From positions 3,818-67,817 of the forward strand of contig CAVZJH010000057.1 of the NCBI GenBank assembly GCA_963775535.1: a stretch of 64,000 nt of DNA, given 5' to 3'. Position 1 is the first letter of the stretch; every line of letters begins with the position of its first letter. This document shows positions 1-8,398 of this stretch, in pieces. Source of the stretch: an uncultured bacterium (GTDB lineage Bacteria > Armatimonadota > UBA5829). The notes beneath the pieces were generated by a model. That model searched no databases. It had not been told where the DNA came from and saw only the letters and a program-made list of their open reading frames with translations. A program made the translations under genes and the position numbers.

Positions 1-174
1 GAGGTGTTTTCTTCAATGCTGGCAGAGCTTGAGAGAATCGAATCTAAGGAATCCGGGGACGCCGACCAAAAGGAAGAGTAGCGTTTATGGAATGACGGAA
101 ATTGTGCCCGAACACTCTCGCGCTGCTTTGCAGCGCTGCTGGGCTAACCGCGAAGGCATCGAAAATGAGAAGTT

Positions 175-300
175 TCTTCTGGGTGGTGATTTCCGAATCG
201 CCACTCTTGTACGAATGCGGGATTTCCGAATCCCGGAACTTGACGTTCGCGCATCCGGATTCGGAAATCCGGGTGAAGTGGTAGGGTGAGGATTCGTAAT
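175..300. repeat. Cluster of nested palindromic repeats (core GGTGATTTCCGAATC / GATTCGGAAATCC) in the 5' leader of the efflux operon
   Basis: Direct reading: TGGGTGGTGATTTCCGAATCGCC at 180-202, GCGGGATTTCCGAATCCCGG at 218-237 and its near-reverse-complement CCGGATTCGGAAATCCGGG at 255-273. Related copies occur at 7137-7165 and 60685-60742. Confidence 0.6.
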
Positions 301-410
301 TCTTCTCCCAGGAGAGAAAATGACCTTCGGCCATTTTCGAAGGAATCGCGGATGAAACCTCTCGCATTCTTCCTGCGGAAGAACGCTGTCGGCTTCACCG
401 CGAAGGGATG

Positions 411-429
411 AAAATAACTGCGTTATTTT
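411..429. promoter_or_regulatory. Perfect palindrome AAAATAAC-tgc-GTTATTTT immediately 5' of the RBS of the efflux operon; candidate repressor operator
   Basis: 8+8 bp perfect inverted repeat seen directly. It lies 2 nt upstream of the AGAGGAGG RBS that precedes the TTG start at 446. Efflux operons are commonly controlled by TetR-family operators. Confidence 0.3.
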
Positions 430-445
430 CAGAGGAGGTAAAGGA

Positions 446-1885
446 TTGAGAACTCTATATCGCATAGCTGTAGCTCTGGTGCTGTGCGCGTCGGTTTCCA
501 CGGCTTATGCTCAGGGAACAACTGTTGATCTGAAGAAGCCTATTACAGTCGATCAGGCGCTCCAGGTCGCGTTTCAGCAAAACCCGGACCTAAGGTCCGC
601 GGTAGCCCAACTCCAGAAGGCGCGGGCGGCTGTTAACGAGGCGCTGGCCAACTTCAACCCGCGCTTCAGCGCCGATATTCTGCAAACGCCGCAGGGCCCT
701 CCGCAGTCAATTTCAGTTCCTGCTGGTTTTTTTGGCCCGACGGCCAGCACCCTTGTTATCGTGCCGAGCGAAAATACCACGGCGCGCGGCAATTTATTCC
801 TGCCGCTGGACATCAACCGGAAGATCAGCTACTCCACGGATGTTGCGCGGCTGCAGTTCCAGATCGATTATCTGAATCTGCTGGCCGCGTCTCAGCAATT
901 GATTTTCAACGTGCAGCGCGCTTACTACAACCTCCTCCGCGCACAGGGCCAGGAAGATGTGGCTCAGGCTGCCGTCGATGTTGCCGCTGCCCAGTTGAAG
1001 GACGCCGATTCCCGCTTCCAGGTAGGCGCCGCGCCGAGGTTCGATGTGACCAGCGCCGAAGTCAACGTGGCAAACCTGAACCAGCAGCTCATCACCGCGA
1101 AGAATCAGGTCGAAATAAATAGAACTAATTTCAACCGGACCCTGGGGATCGATACGAACTCCCCTACCGAGATCGTTAGAAGCGATATAGCGGTGAGCAA
1201 CATTAAGAACGACATTCCCAAGGCTGTCGAAACCGCGTACGAGCAGCGTCCCGAGGTCAAGCAGAGAGAGATAGGTATCCTGCTGAACCAGAAGGATGTC
1301 AAGGTTCAGCGCGCGGACCTCTATCCCTCGTTTACCATAAGCGGCAATGTCAACTACAACGTCACCCCGTCGGGTTTCACCACGGTGAACACGACGTGGA
1401 TGGCCGTGGCCGACGTGAACATTCCTATTTGGAACGGCGGAATTACGACCGCCAGAATTGCCGAGGCTAAAGCGGATGTGTCGAATGCTACCGACCTCCT
1501 GGAGGAGACCAAGTTAAATGTATCCCAGGAAGTTCGCACCGCAGCGCTGAACCTGCAGGAAGCAATCGACCGCGTGAGCACGACCGCGGAAAGTGTTTCT
1601 CTTGCCCAGGAGTCGCTGAGATTGGCAAGAGTCCGATACAATGCAGGGATTTCCATACTGGTGGAAGTGACGAATGCCGAATCGGCTTTGACCCAGGCGC
1701 AGTTTAACTTGATCAACGCTCAATATGATTATGCTATTGCTCTGGCTGATCTAAGGAGAGCGACCTCGACGCAGCCGGAAACACAGAAGCTGCAGTTGGT
1801 AAGCATTCCCGGATCGACGCCGGTAAGGGTTCCGGTAGCGCCTCTGACACCGCCGCTGGTAAGCGCACCGGTGCAGTCGCCGTAG
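446..1885 (+). CDS. Outer membrane efflux protein, TolC/OMF family (479 aa), TTG start with strong RBS
   Basis: 479-aa ORF with N-terminal signal peptide (MRTLYRIAVALVLCASVSTAYAQ). Two-repeat coiled-coil / beta-barrel composition typical of OMF proteins. First gene of an OMF-MFP-RND operon. Confidence 0.85.
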   Translation: MRTLYRIAVALVLCASVSTAYAQGTTVDLKKPITVDQALQVAFQQNPDLRSAVAQLQKARAAVNEALANFNPRFSADILQTPQGPPQSISVPAGFFGPTASTLVIVPSENTTARGNLFLPLDINRKISYSTDVARLQFQIDYLNLLAASQQLIFNVQRAYYNLLRAQGQEDVAQAAVDVAAAQLKDADSRFQVGAAPRFDVTSAEVNVANLNQQLITAKNQVEINRTNFNRTLGIDTNSPTEIVRSDIAVSNIKNDIPKAVETAYEQRPEVKQREIGILLNQKDVKVQRADLYPSFTISGNVNYNVTPSGFTTVNTTWMAVADVNIPIWNGGITTARIAEAKADVSNATDLLEETKLNVSQEVRTAALNLQEAIDRVSTTAESVSLAQESLRLARVRYNAGISILVEVTNAESALTQAQFNLINAQYDYAIALADLRRATSTQPETQKLQLVSIPGSTPVRVPVAPLTPPLVSAPVQSP

Positions 1886-1907
1886 GCTTTTTGCAGGAGG
1901 ATCTCAA

Positions 1908-3401
1908 TTGAGAAGAACAATACTCGTGATATTGGTTATTGTGCTGGCCCTGGTCGGGCTCAATGTCGCGGCAAAAATGCGCGCGCCTAAAACGCCGCCC
2001 CCCACCACAGAGGATATCTGGAACCAGGAAGGCATACCTGTTCAGTCTGCGACAATTGTGCGCGGCAATATGCCTGTGACGGTGGAAGTTACCGGCAACA
2101 TAGACTCCCTGAACAAGGCCACACTCTCGCCGAAGATCCCCGGCCGCATTGCCAGGATGTTTGTGCGGGAGGGCGACCCTGTTTCCGCGGGGATGACTAT
2201 AGCGGTGCTGGACCAGCAGGACGCGCTGAGCAATCTTCAGCAGGCCGTGGCAGGCCTGCGCTCCGCGCAGGTGCGGCTCTCCCAGGCCCGGACGAACTCC
2301 AAAGTGACCAGGATTCAGACCGACGCCGGCATAGGGCAGGCGCAAGCGTCGCTCGAAGCGGCTCAGGCCAAGCTGGAGGTGGTGAAGAACCCGTCCAGGT
2401 CCCAGGAAAAGATGGTCGCCGAAAATGCCGTGGCACAGGCGAAAGCGAATCTTGACAATGCCCAGGCCGAATTCAAGCGTAACGACCAGCTCCTTAAGGA
2501 AGGCGCGATTTCTCAGGCTTCGTTTGACACGGTCGATGCTCAGTATAAAGTCGCCGAGGCGGATTACAAGTCGGCGAAAGATCGTCTGTCGCTGATTGTC
2601 GAAGGCGGGCGTTCGGAAGACATCCTTGCAGCGCAGGCACAGGTTAACGTGGCAAAGGAAGAGCTCCGAACGGCCAGGGCAAATGCCGCCCAGAACATGC
2701 TTCGCAGAGAAGACGTGAAAGCTGCCGTTGCCGGAGTGCAGCAGGCCGAGGCTTCGCTCGCGATGGCAAAGCAGCAGCTTTCCTATACCTATGTAAAATC
2801 GCCCATAGCCGGGCAGCTTTCATCGCGGCAAGCCGAACCGGGGCAGGTTGTTGCCGCGGGAACGCCGATTGCCGAAGCCGTTTGCCTCGGATCGACCTAC
2901 TTCAAGGGTGACGTCTCGGAAAAAAAGATTGAAGGCGTGAAGAAAGGCCTGCGGGTGGATGTGGGCATCGACGCCGTTCCGGACAGAGTGTTCTCGGGCA
3001 GAGTCGCGGAGATATATCCGTCAGGTTCGGAGCTGAGCCGGAACTTCCCCGTTCGGATCGATGTCGCCGAAGATGGACAGGTGATAAGACCGGGTATGTT
3101 TGCCAAAGGGCGCATATTCGTTAGTATGCATTCCAACACCATGCTCGTACCAAAGGATGCCGTTTCGGAAGTGCACGGCACAAAGTTCGTCTTTACTATC
3201 GAAAGCAGGGAAGTCAAGGTGAATGGCAGCAAGCGTGTCGTCAAGGTCGCAAAACGCCACGACATCGAAGTGCAAAACGAGGATCGCAGCTATGTCGAGA
3301 TCGTGGGCACATCCGACCTGGCGGTTGGCGATGCGCTGGTAACCAGCGGTCGTCAGAACCTTCAGGACGGTTCGAAGATTTCTTTGGAAAGCGGTAAGTA
3401 A
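1908..3401 (+). CDS. RND-pump membrane fusion (periplasmic adaptor) protein, HlyD/AcrA family
   Basis: N-terminal TM anchor, long Ala/Gln-rich coiled-coil, C-terminal beta-barrel motifs (SPIAGQLS...GQVV..GTPI). Directly between the OMF and RND genes with 20-40 bp spacers. Confidence 0.85.
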   Translation: MRRTILVILVIVLALVGLNVAAKMRAPKTPPPTTEDIWNQEGIPVQSATIVRGNMPVTVEVTGNIDSLNKATLSPKIPGRIARMFVREGDPVSAGMTIAVLDQQDALSNLQQAVAGLRSAQVRLSQARTNSKVTRIQTDAGIGQAQASLEAAQAKLEVVKNPSRSQEKMVAENAVAQAKANLDNAQAEFKRNDQLLKEGAISQASFDTVDAQYKVAEADYKSAKDRLSLIVEGGRSEDILAAQAQVNVAKEELRTARANAAQNMLRREDVKAAVAGVQQAEASLAMAKQQLSYTYVKSPIAGQLSSRQAEPGQVVAAGTPIAEAVCLGSTYFKGDVSEKKIEGVKKGLRVDVGIDAVPDRVFSGRVAEIYPSGSELSRNFPVRIDVAEDGQVIRPGMFAKGRIFVSMHSNTMLVPKDAVSEVHGTKFVFTIESREVKVNGSKRVVKVAKRHDIEVQNEDRSYVEIVGTSDLAVGDALVTSGRQNLQDGSKISLESGK

Positions 3402-3438
3402 TACCGCGCGCTTGGGTTCGTGAAGCGGAGATAAGTTT

Positions 3439-6400
3439 ATGTGGTTAACCAACGTATCTATACGGCGCCCGATATTCATAATCATGTTCGTGCTCGCGCT
3501 GATCGTGCTGGGGCTTCAGTCTCGCTCGAAGATGCCGCAGGAGCTCAATCCCAAGGTCGACATACCTTACGTGACTGTAATCACGACCTACGCGGGCGCC
3601 GGACCAAACGAAATAGAGACCCTGGTCAGCGAGCCGATCGAGAAAGCGGTGACCTCCGTCGGCAACCTGAAGAACGTGACGTCCACTTCCCAGGACGGCG
3701 TATCGACGGTTGTTCTGGAGTTCGAGCTGGGAACCGACCTCGAGGCCGCGACCGCCGATGTGCGAGACAAGGTTGCCTCGATCAGGGCGGACCTGCCCAA
3801 GGATTCCGACGAACCCAAGATCATGAAGCTCGACATTTCCTCCATGCCGATCATGACCATAGGGCTCGAGGGTCCTCTTCCGCCCAAGGAAATGCGAATC
3901 CTTGCGGATGATGTCGTTTCCGACAGGCTGGCGAAAGTCGGCGGCGTGGCTTCAGTAAACGTCGTCGGCGGCGATCAGCGCGAGCTCTCGGTTGCGGTCG
4001 ACAAGAACCGCCTCGACGCCTACGGTATCGGTATCGACAAGGTCGTCGCCGCCGTCAAGAACGCGAACTTGAACGTCCCCGCCGGCTCCATAAAGGAAGG
4101 CGCCAGGGACTATTCGGTGAGAACGGTCGGCGAATACCAGAGCGCAGAGGAAATAGCCAACACCCGGCTCTACATCGCCGGCACGCATGACAGCCCCGGC
4201 GTGGTCGTACGCGTAGGCGATATTGCCGACGTCAAAGATACTGTCGCCGAGCCCGATATGATTACCCGTCTCAATGGGCGCCCCAGCGTCGTCTTCTCCG
4301 TTCAAAAGCAGTCCGATGCAAACACCGTGTCTGTCGCGGACGGGATCAAGAAAGAGCTCGCCGACATGCAGCCGATCCTGCCCCACGGCGTGCATGCCGT
4401 TATAGCTATCGACCAGTCGACGTTCGTCAAGGACGCGCTGCGCGATGTCAACAAGAGCCTCCTCGAAGGAATCCTGCTGGTCGTCATTATCGTGTTTTTG
4501 TTCCTGCATACGGCGAGAGCGACGTTCATCGTTGCTATTGCGATTCCGACATCTCTTATGGCTACGTTCATCCCCATCAGCGGGTTCGGGTTTACGCAGA
4601 ACACGATGGTCATGCTGGCGCTTTCGCTGGTGGTCGGTATTCTGGTCGACGACTCGATTGTCGTCCTGGAAAACATAGAACGGCACTTGAGGCTGCGCGA
4701 GCATCCGGAGGAAGCGGCCTTAAACGGACGCTCCGAGATCGGTCTGGCGGCTATCACCATCACGATGGTCGACATTGTCGTGTTCCTTCCCATCGCGTTT
4801 ATGGGTGGAATCGTGGGCCAGTTCTTCAGGGAATTCGGTATAACGGTTGCCACGGCTACAGCGTTCTCGCTTCTGATGTCGTTCACGCTCACCCCTATGC
4901 TTGCGTCCAAGTGGATGAGAAGCGAATCGGAAAAGGAGCGCAACGAAGAAGAGATGGAGAGGCGCCGTATCGGAGGCACATCCACCACCGTGGACAAAGT
5001 GAACTTCGTGGCCGGGCGGTTGTTTGGTGTCCTCGAGCGATTCTTGAGGGGATTGGACCGCAAATACCGGGGCGTTCTCGAGTGGGCGCTCCACAACAGA
5101 TTTCTGACAATCGTCATCGGGTTCGTTTCGCTGCTGACTGTATTTGCGTTATCCGTGCCGCTGCCGAAGCTCGGTGCGGGTCCGGCTCAGATGAAGATGG
5201 CGGCGCCGAGAATCATAATCGCCCTGCTTGCCCTTGGGCTTTCCGCGATTGCGATGGCTGTGGACAAAAAGAGCAAAAAGACGGCGCTCGGGTTCGGCTT
5301 GTTGACGGCGTTCATCGCGCTCACGATTTATCTGCCGTTCGGCTTCGGGTTCTTCCCCGTGGTCGACCAGAGCCAGCTCGGCATCCTTATAAGAACCGCG
5401 CCGGGCACGTCACTTATCGCCACGGACAAGGTAGTCAAAGATGTGGAAACGGTCCTTGCCCAGGTGCCTGAAATTCAGAAGCGCCCCTATGTAGTCTCTG
5501 ACAGAAATTTGCTTTTGCCGTGGACGTGGTTCAAGCATCACAGCGAGACTCAAACGGGTTATTACCTCAGCGTTGCGGGCGCGAGCTCGGCGAGTATAAT
5601 GGGCGCCAGCGACAGCGGCCCCCAATACGGCTACATCAGCGCCAAGGTGGTAGACAAGCAGTTCCGCAAGCGCGGCATTGAAGATATTGTCCAGTGGATT
5701 GCCGAGCGCACCGCGCTGATACCCGGCGCCGAGATGATCTCCGTTTCGTCCGCCTCCGGCAGCGGCCCAGGCAACAACATCCAGAAAGAAGTCCAGGGCC
5801 AGAACATGGACGACATCATCAAAGAGGCCAATCGCGTTAAGGGCGTCATGAGGAAGGTCCCGGGCGCGGTCGATGTTGATATATCCTACAAACCCAGCAG
5901 GCCTGAACGCCGGATTACCGTGGATAAGCTCAGGGCTGCGCAGTTGGATATGACCGTTACGCAGGTTGCGACAAACGCGCGCACGGCCATCGATGGCGAT
6001 GACACGGCCAAATTCCGCGAGGGAGGCACTGAATATCCCATCAGGGTCCACTACGTGCAGGATCAGCGCGACAAGACTTCCGACGTCGAAAATATGATCG
6101 TCGGCGCAAAAGACGGCGCACCGGTCTACCTCAACGACGTGGCGAGCGTAGCCTACGACGATGCTCCGACCAAGATCGACCGCAAAAACCGGCAGAGGGT
6201 AGTTTACGTCACTGCGGACCTGGCCAGGGGCGCGGAAATGGGTAACGTGAACCAGATGATCGACGGCACGCTCAAGTATACTCCGTGCGTCGCGGGCACG
6301 ACCATCGGCACCGGTGGCTCGGCGCAGATGATGATAGAGAGCTTCGGCTACATCGGTGCGGCGATGGTGCTGGTGGTGCTCCTGGTTTACATGTTGATGG

Positions 6401-6945
6401 GCGCTCTATTTGAGTCGTTCCTGACGCCGTTCGTCATTATGTTCAGCCTGCCCCAGGCCATGGTGGGAGCGCTTCTCGCGCTGCTTTTGACCGGCTCCTC
6501 GATGAGCATCGTTGCTATGATCGGTATTATCATGCTCATGGGTCTGGTTACCAAGAACGCAATTCTGCTTGTCGACTACACGAACACGCTCATGTCCCGG
6601 GGCAAGAACCGGCACGAAGCCCTGCTTGAGGCAGGTCCTACCAGGCTCAGACCGATTCTAATGACCACTCTCGCGATGATCGGCGGCATGATGCCGACCG
6701 CTCTCGCTCTGGATCAGGGCTCCGAGCAGCGCTCCCCTATGGCGATTGCGGTTATCGGCGGCCTCGTGGTGTCGACTATGCTCACGCTTATAGTTATTCC
6801 CGTGGTCTTTACTATTGTGGACGATGCGTGGCATGGGATCAAGAGATTGTTCTTTCCTCTGTCTCGCAGCACCGACGGGGAAGAAAGAGAGCTGGCTGCA
6901 CTGGACAGGGCGCCGGCCGGCGTGAGCGTAGATTCAGAGAGCTGA
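3439..6945 (+). CDS. RND efflux transporter (AcrB/HAE1-like), unusually long (1168 aa) with an extra TM hairpin
   Basis: Canonical RND N-terminus (MWLTNVSIRRPIFIIMFVLALIVLGL), two large periplasmic loops and 12+ TM helices. ~60-aa insertion carrying two extra hydrophobic helices between TM7 and the FFPVVDQSQ loop-entry motif. Confidence 0.9.
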   Translation: MWLTNVSIRRPIFIIMFVLALIVLGLQSRSKMPQELNPKVDIPYVTVITTYAGAGPNEIETLVSEPIEKAVTSVGNLKNVTSTSQDGVSTVVLEFELGTDLEAATADVRDKVASIRADLPKDSDEPKIMKLDISSMPIMTIGLEGPLPPKEMRILADDVVSDRLAKVGGVASVNVVGGDQRELSVAVDKNRLDAYGIGIDKVVAAVKNANLNVPAGSIKEGARDYSVRTVGEYQSAEEIANTRLYIAGTHDSPGVVVRVGDIADVKDTVAEPDMITRLNGRPSVVFSVQKQSDANTVSVADGIKKELADMQPILPHGVHAVIAIDQSTFVKDALRDVNKSLLEGILLVVIIVFLFLHTARATFIVAIAIPTSLMATFIPISGFGFTQNTMVMLALSLVVGILVDDSIVVLENIERHLRLREHPEEAALNGRSEIGLAAITITMVDIVVFLPIAFMGGIVGQFFREFGITVATATAFSLLMSFTLTPMLASKWMRSESEKERNEEEMERRRIGGTSTTVDKVNFVAGRLFGVLERFLRGLDRKYRGVLEWALHNRFLTIVIGFVSLLTVFALSVPLPKLGAGPAQMKMAAPRIIIALLALGLSAIAMAVDKKSKKTALGFGLLTAFIALTIYLPFGFGFFPVVDQSQLGILIRTAPGTSLIATDKVVKDVETVLAQVPEIQKRPYVVSDRNLLLPWTWFKHHSETQTGYYLSVAGASSASIMGASDSGPQYGYISAKVVDKQFRKRGIEDIVQWIAERTALIPGAEMISVSSASGSGPGNNIQKEVQGQNMDDIIKEANRVKGVMRKVPGAVDVDISYKPSRPERRITVDKLRAAQLDMTVTQVATNARTAIDGDDTAKFREGGTEYPIRVHYVQDQRDKTSDVENMIVGAKDGAPVYLNDVASVAYDDAPTKIDRKNRQRVVYVTADLARGAEMGNVNQMIDGTLKYTPCVAGTTIGTGGSAQMMIESFGYIGAAMVLVVLLVYMLMGALFESFLTPFVIMFSLPQAMVGALLALLLTGSSMSIVAMIGIIMLMGLVTKNAILLVDYTNTLMSRGKNRHEALLEAGPTRLRPILMTTLAMIGGMMPTALALDQGSEQRSPMAIAVIGGLVVSTMLTLIVIPVVFTIVDDAWHGIKRLFFPLSRSTDGEERELAALDRAPAGVSVDSES

Positions 6946-7136
6946 TGCCCAGGGTTCTGCCCTTGGTTCCCGCCCGGAAACTGAGTTTCTCGATGGCGAT
7001 AGTCCGGCGCTTCCCTGCGCCGGACTCCTTGCTTTTGAGCTCTCACCGCAGTCGTGCTCTGCGATACGCTGACGCCCTGGGGGTGTTCGCCACGAAGGGA
7101 TTGGGTCCGGCGTAAGGAGACGCCTGACCATCGACG

Positions 7137-7165
7137 TTCTGGGTGGCGATTTCCGAATGCCACAC
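7137..7165. repeat. Single-arm copy of the GATTTCCGAAT repeat family (TTCTGGGTGGCGATTTCCGAATGCCAC)
   Basis: Matches 175-204 at 25 of 28 nt. A second shared module GTGCC(A/C)AACACTCTCGCGCTGC is at 7245-7267 and 99-121. Confidence 0.55.
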
Positions 7166-7331
7166 ATTGCCTTCCTCGATTATTCGCATCCCCAAGTTAG
7201 GAACTACCCGCTATCGGAAATAATGACATGGATGACTTGGGACTTGTGCCAAACACTCTCGCGCTGCCGGCCGGCGGCGCCGTGCCTGGCACGAAGGGAG
7301 GAAGACAACCCTTCACCGGGAGGCAATAATC

Positions 7332-8153
7332 ATGGATGTAGAGCAATTCCTGGAAAGAGTCGCGCACAGAGGCAATCTTCGCAGCAAGGTGGAAGCGCGA
7401 GCGGTGGTTTATGCGGTGTTCGAAGCGCTCCGGTATCGGATTACTCACGAATCCGGAGACAAGGTAGCCGCGCAGTTCCCCTCCGAGCTGCAGCGTCTTT
7501 GGGAGAGCGACGTTACCGATCACATCGATCGAATGGCTGTAAATGTCGAGCGCATCGACCTGAATGAGTTCATCGACAAAATACGCACCCATCCCGAGCT
7601 GAGAAATACGGGGACGTTCGATGCCGGGATAGTAACGCGGGCGGTGTTTACGACGCTGCAGGAGCAGATAACCCCGGGCGCGGCGGACAAGGTCGCAAGT
7701 GAGCTGCCCGAGGATATTCGAGAGTTTTGGCTCAGCAGCGCTCCGGAGGCCCGTCCCCGGGAGTCGGGAGTGTCCGGACGCGAAGCCCGGAAGGAAGCGC
7801 CCGCGCTGGAGCGCAGCTACGGTGAGCCGCAAGAAGAGGAAATGCAGGCCGTGCCCGCCAGCGCGCCGATGGCCGGCTCTCCGGAGGGGGAATATGATTC
7901 AGGGCGGATTGGTCCGTCGGCCGCAAGCGTCTTTCGCTCCGACGACCAGCTAAGATCCGACATTATGGACCTCCTGAATGCCAGCGACGAGGTGGACGCG
8001 AAGTCAATCGATGTGGAGGTGCACGCGGGCAAAGTGATACTCCACGGGCGCGTCCAAACCTCGGCACAGCGAGAGGCCGTGTCACGGGTTGCAAAGGATG
8101 CCCTCGGCACCACGAAAGTCGACAACGAGATCAACGTATCCAAAGGACGCTAG
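7332..8153 (+). CDS. Hypothetical protein with two DUF2267-like repeats and a C-terminal BON domain
   Basis: Two internal repeats (EQFLERVAHRGNL...AVVYAVFEALRYRIT / NEFIDKIRTHPEL...AGIVTRAVFTTLQEQIT) typical of DUF2267. C-terminal DVEVHAGKVILHGRV...REAVSRVAKDALGTTKVDNEI is a BON-domain signature. Good RBS (GGGAGG). Confidence 0.6.
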   Translation: MDVEQFLERVAHRGNLRSKVEARAVVYAVFEALRYRITHESGDKVAAQFPSELQRLWESDVTDHIDRMAVNVERIDLNEFIDKIRTHPELRNTGTFDAGIVTRAVFTTLQEQITPGAADKVASELPEDIREFWLSSAPEARPRESGVSGREARKEAPALERSYGEPQEEEMQAVPASAPMAGSPEGEYDSGRIGPSAASVFRSDDQLRSDIMDLLNASDEVDAKSIDVEVHAGKVILHGRVQTSAQREAVSRVAKDALGTTKVDNEINVSKGR

Positions 8154-8172
8154 ATCGGTCCCCAAATGCAGG

Positions 8173-8211
8173 CTTCCATCCCTCCGGAAAAATTTCCTGG
8201 AGGGATGGAAG
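8173..8211 (+). terminator. 13-bp perfect-stem hairpin (CTTCCATCCCTCC...GGAGGGATGGAAG) after the DUF2267/BON gene
   Basis: Seen directly. The loop is itself palindromic (GGAAAAATTTCC). Only a weak T-tract follows, so this may be a terminator or a protein-binding site. Confidence 0.4.
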
Positions 8212-8398
8212 CGTTATTTCTACCGGCATGTTATCCACCTCAAGATGCCGGTGCAACATGCATTGCTCGCGCGATCGAGACGCATTGCTGCATCAGCCTC
8301 TGCGGTACCGCGTCCACAGTGAATAATGCGGGCGAAGTTGTGGAACAAAGGATTCGTGGAACGTCGGCGAATGTTCATTTCAGGCGAGGGAGAAGCGT

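Noticed and set aside
29-501. Five overlapping ORFs on both strands at the window start
   Set aside because: They lie within the palindromic repeat cluster and efflux leader. Both strands give ORFs because of the inverted repeats. No RBS or coding-like composition.
3441-5117. Several 70-270-aa ORFs on both strands inside the RND transporter gene (3441-3911, 3952-4704, 4302-5117 and others)
   Set aside because: Overlapped by a 1168-aa ORF with unambiguous RND homology. Their translations are Arg-rich or low complexity.
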